A stretch of DNA of 64,000 bases, taken from assembly GCA_973895155.1 (NCBI GenBank), contig OZ316896.1:7263278-7327277 (forward strand). The letters are read 5' to 3'. Shown in pieces: positions 48,001-58,600 of the stretch. Each line of letters begins with the position of its first letter. The stretch's first letter is position 1. The notes beneath the pieces are model-generated. The model made no database searches, had not been told where the DNA came from, and saw only the letters and a list, made by a program, of their open reading frames with translations. The stretch comes from Marsupella aquatica. Taxonomy: Eukaryota; Plantae; Marchantiophyta. Both the position numbers and the translations under genes were made by a program.

Positions 48001-49669
48001 GTTGCTGCATCGGCAAGTCTTCCTTCCTGGGCCTAAACACCTGCTCGATCGTAGGACTACAGGTGGTTGAGGCTTCTCAGCCAACGGCCTCGGCGTTGGA
48101 GCTTCCTCGGGTGCCCTTACCTGCAGGGGAAGTACCGGGGCAAAAGTCTGACCTCTGGCATACCGGCACAACAGCGGCATGTGATAGCCAAGCCGCGACA
48201 CGCTCCCCATGCCGATTACCTGCTGCTCCTCCTTTAAGATCTTCTTCAATTGGTTGAGGAGGTACCCGTTGTAGTCCCGGCTTGGGTCTGGCCTTTCTGC
48301 CAGATAGACCTGTGCTTTGCCGATCTCTGCCCTCGGCAAGTTACAATGCATGGTCACCCGCAAGAAGTCGATCATCTCTCCTATGTGCGGGTTGGTGCAG
48401 GTGTTCCGGAAGAAGCCATTCTTCGTTGATGGCCCGGGGAACGACCGGAACTCCTTGTCAGGCAAGGTCTTCCTGGTATCAACTTTGGTCTTATTGCCCA
48501 TCGGCAAGCCAAACACTTCGGCAATCACCTTGGGAGTAAGATAGAAATCCTTCCCATATATCCTCGTGCAATTGGTCTCGGGTTCCCATGACCCCACGAA
48601 TTCTAATAGGTCTGACTCCGGTACCTCCGGCTTCAGCCATGGTAATCTTACAAAGGCCTCCAAGCCGGATCCGGCCATGAAGCCTTGGTACTTCTTGGTC
48701 TGCATGGCCGTAAAGCATGCATCCTCCTCCCGTGCAAAATGTAGTTGCACCTCCACCGGTAGGGTTGCCGCCCAGCCCTTCCAGGTGTCATCCCTGGTTG
48801 GAATGGCCTTGATGGGATCGACCTCCTCCTCTTCGGCTTCTCCCTGCCTCCTGCTCTGCTGCTCGGCTGGCTTCTTTGGTGCCGCCGACCTCGTTCTTTT
48901 TGCCGGGGTGGCTTCATCGTTGACGGCTCCCTTCCTCTTCATCTCTGCTGCCGTGGAGGTTTCTCCTAGCACCGTTGTCCGGGTCCACCTTTCCGTGCTA
49001 CCCTTTAATTCCCAGTGTATGTCGTTGTAGTTCTTGATGGCCTCTCGGATGCCGACGACGCTGTCTTTGCAAAATAGAAGATCGTCGAGTTGATTGGAAG
49101 TAGGCGTCCACAGGAACTCGTCCTTGATGAGTTCGCCTCCTAAGAAAGCCGTCTTCTGCAGCTCCCACAATCGAGCGAGCTCCAGCCGTTCTCGAGCTGC
49201 CCTTTCTGACTCCTCGTCCTCGTAAGTCTTGATGTACTCAGTTGCCCGTTCGAACAGGCATCCCCAGAAATGTGCCGCTTGATTGACGTTGCTCATACCC
49301 TCCTTAGGTTGATCGTCGGTATCTACTCTCTCCCCGAGTGCTTGCCTAAGCAGCTGACAGTAGTTGGCCTCCCGTAGTCGTCTGCCTAGTTCGTGCTCGC
49401 AAATGAGCCACCATCTCCTGCAAGCGCTCCTTACCCCTCTCCTCTGCCGGTCCTTCTTCCCGTTGATCCTTCCTAGCCGCCGACGCTTAACGCGCCCTAA
49501 CCCTAATCGGGTTTTCACCCTCAGCCTTACCTCCGGCCTCTGCCCGGGTTCCATGGTTGCCCCTAATTGTTTATATTTTCCTTGTTTTGTCACTATACTA
49601 AGGTGTTCCTAGGGTGCCTTCCTGCTTTACCCACTTAACCGGCCGAGTGATTCCTGTCTAGGCATCACA
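45015..49669 (-). repeat. 3' LTR (4655 bp)
   Basis: TGTGATGC at 49669 immediately after the PPT; GCACCACA end at 45015. Confidence 0.95.
45936..49554 (-). pseudogene. LTR-encoded PMD-like/coiled-coil ORF, 3' LTR copy
   Basis: ORFs 47980-49593, 47243-48040, 46134-47372 and 45936-46130. A 1-bp deletion (~48059) and a 4-bp deletion (~47330) relative to the solo LTR, plus a private stop at 46134. Confidence 0.85.
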
Positions 49670-52600
49670 TAGCTCCCCACTTAATTGTGAAGCGTCCTCG
49701 CGAACAACTTCATCTTCGTCCATATAGTATTTCTTGAGGCGGTCATAATGGATGCGAACTGGATATACCTCTCCCGTAATGTTGGCCAATTGTACGGAGC
49801 CATTGGGGAACATCATGGTTACTCTAAAGGGTCCTAACCAGCGAGTGTAAAGCTTTCCTGGAAACCTACTATACCTACTGTCATAAAGTAGCACAAGATC
49901 ACCGGTATGAATACTAACTACTTTTAACCTTTTATCATACTGCTGCTTCATGATATTCTGTCTATATTCTACTCTCTCGGCTGAAATCATTCTCGCTTCC
50001 TCTAAAGCTTCTAACCTATATTCTCGCTCCTTTAGGCTCTCCTCCGCTGAGGCTCTTTCCTCAATTGTAACTTGAAATGTCGGTATCTCAAGTTGCATGG
50101 GTACCAGGGCTTCTTGTCCAAAGGTTAAGAAGAAGGGTGTATGACCGGTAGTGGATTTATAGGCCAGATTGTAAGCAAAAACAGCAGCAAACAATTTATC
50201 ATCCCAATCGAGTTTGTTCTGAGCTACTGTTTTGTTCAATATCTTTCCTATGATTCCGTTTGCTCGTTCTGTCAACCCGTTTGCCTTTGGATGGTAGGGA
50301 GTAGTAGGCCTATGTTTAACTAAATACTGCTCATTTAAACGACTAATTATATCATTCAAAAAATGGGTTCCTCTATCACTAACTAATTCTAGGGGTGCTC
50401 CATACCTGGTGAAGATCTGCTCATACATGAATCTAGCCGTAGTAATTGCATCATCCTTCGTTGTTGGTCTGGCCTCTACCCATTTAGTTGCATAATCCGT
50501 AGCCAGGATTATGTACTTGTTCCGTCGAGGGTGGGTCAGTGGTTTCAGAGGTCCAATGTAATCAATACCCCACTTCTCGAATGGTGCCAGAGGTAGAATA
50601 GGGTGCAGTGGATGCCTGGTGGACGCCCTTGGTCCTCCCGCTCGTTGACAAGGATCGCATTGTTTGATAAACTGATAGACATCCTTGTGCAAGGTGGGCC
50701 ACCAGTAACCGGCATTTAATATCTTCTTAGACGTGGTTACTGGGGCAAAATGTCCTCCGGCCTCCTCTCCATGCATGGCCCGTAGGACTCGTTTTACCTC
50801 TCTCTTTTCCAAACACCTTTGAATCGTGCCGTTGATTCCATGCTTGTGCAGTATGCCTTTAATGCACTGATACTGTCTGACCTTCCGCACAAAGACTGCG
50901 GCTTGCTCTCGGCTTAATCCTGGCTGTAATCTGGAAGTGCTGAGAAATTGTAAAATCTCAGGGTACCATGTACCAGCTATTTCCACAACGAATAGCTCCT
51001 CGTCGGGGAATCGATCATCGATGCAATCCGTGGCAGGTTTACCTGTGATCCTTGAAAAGAAGTCGGCATTGGCATGTAACTTTCCCGGCTTGATCCTCAG
51101 CTCATAGTCAAACTCCTGTAATAGCAAAATCCATCTTGCTACTCTGCCTGTAAGGTCCGGCTTATTGACTAGGTACTTCAAACTTTCATGATCAGTATGA
51201 AAGATTACCTTGTACCCTAGTAAATAATGCCTAAACTTTTTACAAGAATAAATGACTCCTAATGCTTCTCTTTCCGTGGTAGAGTAGTTCCGTTCGGCAT
51301 CGGCAAGCTGACGGCTTGCGAAGTATATGGGATGGTCCCTTCCTTTCTCATCCAACTGACTTAGTACTGAGCCAATACAGAAGCCCGAGACATCTACAAA
51401 AACATGAAAATCTTTGTTCCAGTCCGGTGCTATCATGACTGGGGCCTCTACTAACATCTGCTTCAATTCTACCACCGCTGTGACTCGTTCGGGTGTGGGT
51501 TCGAAGTCTGCTCCTGCCTTGAGCATATTGGTTAATGGTAAAGCTAGCTTGGCAAAATCCTTGATGAACCGGCGATAGTAACCAATGCATCCCAAGAAGG
51601 ATCTTACATCCTTTATGTTCTTAGGTTGCATGATATCTAGCCATACTGCTAGCTTACCTTTGTCAATCTCAATGCCCTTCCTTGATACCTTGTGACCTAG
51701 TAGCACCCCCTCGGTTACTGCAAAAAAACATTTATCTGGGTGTAACTTGAGACCCACCTCCCTACATCTCATGAAGGTTTTCCTGAGGTATTTAGCATGT
51801 TTCGATGCCTTCTCGAATACTGCAAAGTCATCAATGAAGATTTCCATGAACTTTCTCAAGTAATCATGAAAAATGTTCACCATTAATCGTTGGAACATAG
51901 CTGGTGCGTTGCAGAGTCCAAACGGCATACGATTGAAGACATAGATCCCCCATTCCGTGATGAAGGCCGTCTTGATTTGGTCTTCCTGCCGAATCCTGAT
52001 TTGGTTATAACCAGAGTATCCATCCATGAATGAATATAGTTCATGACTGGCTACCATGTCTAGTACCATATCAGTAAACGGTAAAGGAAAATGGTCTTTT
52101 AATGTTGCTTCATTCAGCTTCCTGTAATCCTGACAAACCCGGATCTTGGGTTTACCATCGGGTCCAGCTTTCTTGGGAACTATCACAATTGGAGACACCC
52201 AGTCTGAATGCAGGACTGGAGTGATGAATCCAGCTTCCACTAGTTTGTCGATTTCTGTTTTGACCAGCAGGGAATACTTCGGGTTCATCCTTCGAATTGG
52301 TTGTCGAAATGATTTGGCTCCTAACATGAGATCAATTCGATGTTCCCCTAGTGTTGGATCTACTCCCTTTAGATCTTGGTGACTCCATGCAAACACATCC
52401 TGAAATTCAATCAATAAGTCACTGATCTCTTTCTCGAGCTCAGGCGCTAGGTTTCTCCCTAAGTTCAGTTCTCTTCCCTCTCCTAAGTCGAGCTTCCGAT
52501 ATTGCCGTGCTTGGATCATATTAATCTGCTTCTTCAAATTCGGGTCCAGTTCGGCTTCCAGTCTCTCTAATCTCATACCTCCATAAACTGGGATCTCGGC

Positions 52601-52924
52601 TGGACTAGCCGAGTCGGTCCCTTCCTTGGTGTCCATAGATTGTCCCCTTACCGGTCTATTCAGTTTTGAATTAGTGGCCGGCTCCCCTTCCTGCCTTGGC
52701 TCTGGATCGTGTCTGTCCATCTCATCCACCTCTTGCTCCTGCGAGTTAGGCCGTTGTGCTCTCTCGGCTTCTAATAGGGCCTCAATTTGTTCTGCCCTCG
52801 TAATCGGCTTGTATGCCGATCCCTTGGTATTTAATTCCTTGCCGATGATCGATGGCGTTGTGGACCCCGTCGGCTCTGCCACAACGCCTGCAGAAAATCC
52901 ATTGTCCCTGCTACTGCTCCCCAC
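49658..52924 (-). CDS. pol: Pol (RT, RNase H, integrase; no chromodomain), in the -1 frame relative to gag-PR
   Basis: 1088-aa ORF with RVCQDYRKLN, FIDDF, VFVDVSG, HHCC Zn finger, WGIDY, SDRG, NGLTER. Stop codon lies inside the 3' LTR. Confidence 0.95.
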   Translation of the reverse strand: MGSSSRDNGFSAGVVAEPTGSTTPSIIGKELNTKGSAYKPITRAEQIEALLEAERAQRPNSQEQEVDEMDRHDPEPRQEGEPATNSKLNRPVRGQSMDTKEGTDSASPAEIPVYGGMRLERLEAELDPNLKKQINMIQARQYRKLDLGEGRELNLGRNLAPELEKEISDLLIEFQDVFAWSHQDLKGVDPTLGEHRIDLMLGAKSFRQPIRRMNPKYSLLVKTEIDKLVEAGFITPVLHSDWVSPIVIVPKKAGPDGKPKIRVCQDYRKLNEATLKDHFPLPFTDMVLDMVASHELYSFMDGYSGYNQIRIRQEDQIKTAFITEWGIYVFNRMPFGLCNAPAMFQRLMVNIFHDYLRKFMEIFIDDFAVFEKASKHAKYLRKTFMRCREVGLKLHPDKCFFAVTEGVLLGHKVSRKGIEIDKGKLAVWLDIMQPKNIKDVRSFLGCIGYYRRFIKDFAKLALPLTNMLKAGADFEPTPERVTAVVELKQMLVEAPVMIAPDWNKDFHVFVDVSGFCIGSVLSQLDEKGRDHPIYFASRQLADAERNYSTTEREALGVIYSCKKFRHYLLGYKVIFHTDHESLKYLVNKPDLTGRVARWILLLQEFDYELRIKPGKLHANADFFSRITGKPATDCIDDRFPDEELFVVEIAGTWYPEILQFLSTSRLQPGLSREQAAVFVRKVRQYQCIKGILHKHGINGTIQRCLEKREVKRVLRAMHGEEAGGHFAPVTTSKKILNAGYWWPTLHKDVYQFIKQCDPCQRAGGPRASTRHPLHPILPLAPFEKWGIDYIGPLKPLTHPRRNKYIILATDYATKWVEARPTTKDDAITTARFMYEQIFTRYGAPLELVSDRGTHFLNDIISRLNEQYLVKHRPTTPYHPKANGLTERANGIIGKILNKTVAQNKLDWDDKLFAAVFAYNLAYKSTTGHTPFFLTFGQEALVPMQLEIPTFQVTIEERASAEESLKEREYRLEALEEARMISAERVEYRQNIMKQQYDKRLKVVSIHTGDLVLLYDSRYSRFPGKLYTRWLGPFRVTMMFPNGSVQLANITGEVYPVRIHYDRLKKYYMDEDEVVREDASQLSGELCDA
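49670..49682 (-). promoter_or_regulatory. Polypurine tract, inside the integrase coding sequence
   Basis: AAGTGGGGAGCTA abuts the LTR TG; same sequence at 63054-63066. Confidence 0.8.
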
Positions 52925-55632
52925 TTAGCCGTTTCATCCAATTGGTCTACATCCTTAACTTCCTCCGGAATTGCAGCTAAAAAGGTGGATTCTATTGTAA
53001 AGCAGTCCTCGACCTCTTCGTCTTCTTCTTCCAAGTCACCTTCCATTGGTTCTTGCCATAATCCGCTGGGGGGTACCTCTGGTCCAAAGACACCTTCTTC
53101 GGTTAGGTTAGTGAAGCATTCTAACCAACGTACTTCATCGGCTGACTCCAGTCCACTATCGTACCCATCTACTTCCCTTATGCTTTTCCTACGGTCATCC
53201 TTAGTGTCCCAGGATACCGTGATAGAGGGGGTCCCGAAAGTGAACTGCTTTTTACCCCAATCTTCTATTACCTCGGCTAGGTACAGCCATGGCCTACCAA
53301 TCAATAGCCGGAATGACGTAGGATTTACCGGCTTCATTACTACATAGTTAATGCTAAAGAAGATACCTCCTATCTCTGTCTTGATGCCGGTTAACACTCC
53401 CGTCGGAATGACCTGATATCCATTGGCCATGTTCAACACTCTTCCAGTCATCTCCGGTGTTAGACCCCACCCTTTTGCTGTTGAATCAATCATAATACAT
53501 ACCCCTGATCCTCCATCGATGGGTACCCATAGTAATAATTCTCCTTGAATCATTAATGGTAATGCTGGGGCTCCTTGATCTTCTTCTATCATTAGTACGT
53601 CGGATCTGGTTGCTACCTTGGGTAATCTCGGCTTGCCGAGAATAGCCTTCCTTAATTGCTTCCGGAAGTACGGGCTATTTTTCAATAGTTGACCTACTGT
53701 TGCCGAGACTCTAGATTCTAGTACATCTTTAGCCAGGTCATAGGGAACAATCGGCTTCTCTTCTGGTGGTGTTTCCGTCTTGGATTCGGCCAGTTTTGCC
53801 ACGCTAGTCTCCACAGCTGTTGGGTCTTCCGAAGCAAACAATGCTTTTGCTCGTTTTACATCCTTGGCAATGGCTTCGGTATTCTCCAGGGTTTCTAATT
53901 CTCTTAGTTGTTCCTTAACACTAGCCGTAACAGAGGGGTAGAACAACTTAGGATGATCTCGATTGAAGTCGCTATCTTGTGAAGGATTGGTTTCACTGGT
54001 GGGCTCATGGCTTACCTGTATTGCCGGAGCCCTCCCTTCTCCTTCTGTTGATGTTGACGAAGAGTCGATCCTTTCCTCCGTAACCTTCCCTTTATTTTTG
54101 GCCAGCCCATCCCACCTTTCCTTCCTTCTGGTAGATCGAGTAGAGACCCGGTAGCAATCATGATCTAAATCCTCCTCTGAGAAGGTTGATAGGGCTTCGG
54201 CCTCATCATCAGATGGTACGAACTCTGCCTCGGCATCCTCTTGCCATCCTAGTTCGATGTGGTTGATTTGAACTCCTCCGGGGGTAGTACCTGGCGGTAA
54301 GATCTTGATCGGCAAAAGCTTATGATTTGCGGCCAGGCCTGCCAACCAAGTAGGACATTGCCCTAGCATATGACCTTCCTGTCGGCATCCCATACATAGC
54401 TGAGCTGGTTGTCCATCACCCTGTTTGCGTGCATTCGGGCATTCTCTAGCAAAATGGCCAGGTTGACCACAATTATAGCACGCCGCAAATCTTTGCACAT
54501 TCGGCCTAGGAGGTACTGACGGGTTCTGAATAATCCGAGGATACATCTCTCCTGGATTGTTCCTTAACCCTGACCACAGAGATGCAGGTCTGTTGGATAG
54601 GTCTCGTGCTCCAGTCTCACTGATGCCGAAAACACTATCAGCGGCATCTCCCAAAAAGTACTCTACTTCTCCCTGACATGGTCTGATCTCGGCCACATGC
54701 CGAACATGATTAGTATTAAGCTTAGGACAAGCATCTTTATGGTGTCCGGTTTTATAACATAAGGCACACCATACAGAGCTATCCTCCTGTACTACCTTCT
54801 TCTTTGGTTTTACCTCTGCAATGATAGCCTTAAGTTGCTCGGTAAGGGCTACGATGTTATCTGGTGGCTTAGCCTCCATCTTGACTTTCGTCTTCCCTCT
54901 CCTTCTGCCCTTCCTTTTCCTAGTTTTTTCTTCTTCAGAACTAGAAGATGACTCACTCTTGCTACTCCCACTATCCGAGCTTGACTTATCACTTCTAGAC
55001 TTCTTGGAATGTTTCTTCTTCTTATCTTTTTTCTTATGGGGTGATCCCTCCTCTGATGAGGAACTCTCAGACTTAAGCTGTTTCTTCCGGCTTGTGATAT
55101 CTGCATTAATGTATAATTGAATATCCTTAATTGCTTCGGCTAAGGTCTCCGGGTTCTCCTTCCTAATTGCAAAACTCATCTTCTGTGGCAAAGCATTCAC
55201 CAACCATTGAAGTTGCATACCTTCAGATGCATTGGTCTTTGTACGTCTTACCAGTTTCTGAAAGCGTTGCAAGAACTTCCTGAAGGATTTGTTCTCCTTG
55301 AACCAAAGTTGTCCCAACTTCAGCACTGCTAGTTCTGAAGTTCCAATGGGTCGAAACTCCTTAACAAAGAGTGTTTTGAAGATATCCCAGATGGCTTGAT
55401 CTTCCACATCTAATGCTCTGTACCAAGGCCTAGCCTCACCCTTGAACAGGCCGGGAAGAATCTGCATCTTGATGGCTGATTCTCCATTTGCTGCAGCGGT
55501 TCCCTCGAAATCATCCAACCATTCGTCCGGATCCTCATCTCCTCTCCCATGAAATGCCTTGTAATGTATGCGCGACCGCTGGCTCAATCTGGTCCCTGGC
55601 CTCTCGTCTGGCCGTGCCTCTGGTTCCCCCAT
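52831..55632 (-). CDS. gag: Gag-protease (933 aa)
   Basis: FHGRGDEDPDEWL capsid motif, three CCHC knuckles, protease IDGGSGV and LLIGRPWL. Confidence 0.93.
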   Translation of the reverse strand: MGEPEARPDERPGTRLSQRSRIHYKAFHGRGDEDPDEWLDDFEGTAAANGESAIKMQILPGLFKGEARPWYRALDVEDQAIWDIFKTLFVKEFRPIGTSELAVLKLGQLWFKENKSFRKFLQRFQKLVRRTKTNASEGMQLQWLVNALPQKMSFAIRKENPETLAEAIKDIQLYINADITSRKKQLKSESSSSEEGSPHKKKDKKKKHSKKSRSDKSSSDSGSSKSESSSSSEEEKTRKRKGRRRGKTKVKMEAKPPDNIVALTEQLKAIIAEVKPKKKVVQEDSSVWCALCYKTGHHKDACPKLNTNHVRHVAEIRPCQGEVEYFLGDAADSVFGISETGARDLSNRPASLWSGLRNNPGEMYPRIIQNPSVPPRPNVQRFAACYNCGQPGHFARECPNARKQGDGQPAQLCMGCRQEGHMLGQCPTWLAGLAANHKLLPIKILPPGTTPGGVQINHIELGWQEDAEAEFVPSDDEAEALSTFSEEDLDHDCYRVSTRSTRRKERWDGLAKNKGKVTEERIDSSSTSTEGEGRAPAIQVSHEPTSETNPSQDSDFNRDHPKLFYPSVTASVKEQLRELETLENTEAIAKDVKRAKALFASEDPTAVETSVAKLAESKTETPPEEKPIVPYDLAKDVLESRVSATVGQLLKNSPYFRKQLRKAILGKPRLPKVATRSDVLMIEEDQGAPALPLMIQGELLLWVPIDGGSGVCIMIDSTAKGWGLTPEMTGRVLNMANGYQVIPTGVLTGIKTEIGGIFFSINYVVMKPVNPTSFRLLIGRPWLYLAEVIEDWGKKQFTFGTPSITVSWDTKDDRRKSIREVDGYDSGLESADEVRWLECFTNLTEEGVFGPEVPPSGLWQEPMEGDLEEEDEEVEDCFTIESTFLAAIPEEVKDVDQLDETAKWGAVAGTMDFLQALWQSRRGPQRHRSSARN
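52841..52900 (-). promoter_or_regulatory. Candidate -1 programmed ribosomal frameshift signal
   Basis: G_GAT_TTT (52900-52894) in gag phase, 5-nt spacer, perfect 10-bp stem GGCGTTGTGG/CCACAACGCC; loop GCCGA can pair with downstream TCGGC. Confidence 0.75.
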
Positions 55633-55661
55633 GTCGGTTGGAGACTCACTTCTCCTTACCG

Positions 55662-58600
55662 ACTCTCACTCCCCTGCTTACTTTCCTTCCTTCTGTTGAT
55701 GTGGGCACTCTTCACACAAGTTAATGCGACACACAAATAGCAAAATGACTCATTCTGACTGAGTCATACCATGCACTTGCCATACAAACAGTACATCTCA
55801 TACACAAGTTCTGCGAACTAAGCCGTGAGGCCAACTCTATTCAGCTCTTAGGCATGAGGAAACATGAATATACACAAGGGTCACTGTATGACTAACCGAG
55901 AGCTTCTCGTACTACTTGATCCCAGCCCGGCTGGTGCAAACTAAAAACTTGCTAAAGAAGAGGCCCTGAGCTCCCCGCTGCCCAGGTACTTATCCTGGTA
56001 GTGGATCCGCCCTTCTTTGCATCGTAAGCCTAATCTACTTAACAGTAATCTACTTGCCCGAATCTACCTATGTACAGCAAGGCAGGAGCACAAGTGTTGC
56101 TCCTACCAGTGGGACCGCAATCCCACTAAGCTAAGTGTCAGGGCCGCTCCTGGTTCTGATCCTAATCCTAAACGTGGAGATCCGTGCCCGCCTTGCCCAC
56201 TCACGCCTCCTCCCTCCACGTCCGCCCTCCCTAAAAGGAACGGCGCCCTTGCACCGTCACGACACCGGTGGTGGATCCTCAATGGACGCCCCCAATACTT
56301 CCTCCTCAGCCACTGCCGTTGGCCCGCCTACTGGCAGATTACCTGCCCTTGACCGAGTCAACTCTCCATCGGCCTGACTGGGTCCACCTTCGGCTTCAGC
56401 CTCGACACCGGCCTCGGCAATACCCACGGCTTCGGCCTCAGCCACTCCCACGGCTTCGGCTTCAGCCACTCCCACGGCTTCGGCTTCCCCTTCCCCTAGG
56501 GTAGTTGGATCCTTAGCCGTGACCCTGTCTGGGGTCGGTGCTGGGTCTACCTCCTTGATCACCACGGCCTGTGAAGTCGTATTACTCCTTGACCCTGAAG
56601 GTTTCCGCTTCTTCTTCGTTGGTGGCTCGGCAGCTGGTCCCTTCCCCTTCCCACTTACCTCCGGCACTGGTGCAGGTGGCGCGGCTTGTCCTTCGGCAAT
56701 TACCACCCCTGGTAACTGGTTTGTCCCAACAGGAGATGGACCTGCTGCAGCTAAGCATTTAAATACTGCGGCTTGTTTCTTCAGCCGCTCTGTTTGGTTG
56801 TCGGCCCGCCGCTGTAGGTTCTCCATCTTCCTCGTGATTTCCTCCAACTCCTCTTGGGTTTCATCCAGGTCCTTACGTGCCCCCTCCAGCTCGTTTTTGG
56901 CCTCCTCCTGCTCCCTGTGGGCTTCCTCCAATTCCTTCTTCAAGGTAGCCCTCTCCTCCTGGGTTGCTCTTAGCTCCTTGTCGAGCTCTGCAATGATGAC
57001 AGACTCCATCTGGTTCATCTTGGCGTAAGTCTGTTCGAGCATCTCGTCCTTCTCCCTTAGGTCGGCCTTGAAGCTGGCCGTCAGGGACGCAAGCTCCTGC
57101 TGCAGCGCCATAATCCCTTGATAGGATTTCCCTAACTCGACCTCCTTCTGCTCAAGGGCTCCGCGGATTTTCTCGAGCTCCCCTTTCAACGCCCATTCCT
57201 TTCTTTGGGTCTCCGCCATGGCCCGGCTGTTGGCTGTTATGTGGGCCTCCTCTGTATTCTTCAGCTCTTGCTTCCACTTTTCCCTTTCTTTGATCGTGTC
57301 GGCCAACTCTTCCTGCGTCTGAGTCAGTTTATCCTTGATATTCTGATTATCAGCCTGCGCGGCATCCAACTGCCCCTGCATGATGTTCAGCTCATGTCGT
57401 TTAATCCGCAGTTCATCTTGGGCTTTCTTGGCCGCCCTTAGATCTTCAATCTCGGCTTCCATCCTCCTAAGACGCCGAATGACCTCGTCCTTCTTGCTTC
57501 TCTCTAAAGCCACCGCTTCTTCTAATTGGTGCTTCTCCAACTGCTCCCTATGGAAAAAGGGTCCTACCTCCAACTCCTCTCCAAAGATGCCGAGCGCAAG
57601 TTCCCCACACATCTCACCATACTCCATGGCTCTATTCTTAGCGTAGGTGAAGTAGAAGTGATCGGCATCGCCCATCGTGGCCTCTGCTCCCAAGCCGTCC
57701 TGCGGATCTCTTCAATCGTGGCTAGAGGTTTGCTTCCTTTTTCGGCTAGCCGCCTGATGTCCTCCGGCCAATCTCCTCCTGGTAAATCCTTTTCCTTAGC
57801 CAGGGCGGCCTCTTCCTCCTGCTTGATTCGCTCCTGAAATTCCTGCACCGTCTGTTTTATGCCGTCGAAGCTCGGGGGAGCAACATCTGGTGGGGGAGAC
57901 TCAGGGCTACTCTGCTGGTTGGGGTCCCCTCGTACTACCCTTGGAAGTGTGGGGACAAACCGGCCACAGGTCCTTACTCCTGGAACGTGATGGTCCGACC
58001 CATAGCCGGAATTATCATGGCTGCAGTCCTCCACTGCCTCCTCTACCTCTTGGACGTCCGGCTTCTCCCTCTCCTCTTCGTTGGTAGGAGCTTCAGGCAA
58101 TTCTGCCTCAGATTCGGAGCTTGAGGTTCCCACGTACATTCGAACACCTGGCTTGGATTCCGGCCTGATTCTCTCCTTGTCTCCAGCAAAGGGGTTTTCT
58201 CTTGTGAGCCGGTGTAGGCCTACCTCTGTAGTAGTGTCCTGCATTGTTGCCGTTGCCGTTGTTGTTGCCGATGCCGATTTCTTTTCTTTCTCCAGTAGTT
58301 TCAGCAGACTCTGCATGCCTGGTTGCTGCATCGGCAAGTCTTCCTTCCTGGGCCTAAACACCTGCTCGATCGTAGGACTACAGGTGGTTGAGGCTTCTCA
58401 GCCAACGGCCTCGGCGTTGGAGCTTCCTCGGGTGCCCTTACCTGCAGGGGAAGTACCGGGGCAAAAGTCTGACCTCTGGCATACCGGCACAACAGCGGCA
58501 TGTGATAGCCAAGCCGCGACACGCTCCCCATGCCGGTTACCTGCTGCTCCTCCTTTAAGATCTTCTTCAATTGGTTGAGGAGGTACCCGTTGTAGTCCCG

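Noticed and set aside
55655-55670. Missing U5/PBS as a spliced-out intron
   Set aside because: An RNA lacking the PBS could not prime reverse transcription, and the 3' LTR keeps a full U5; a DNA deletion is simpler.
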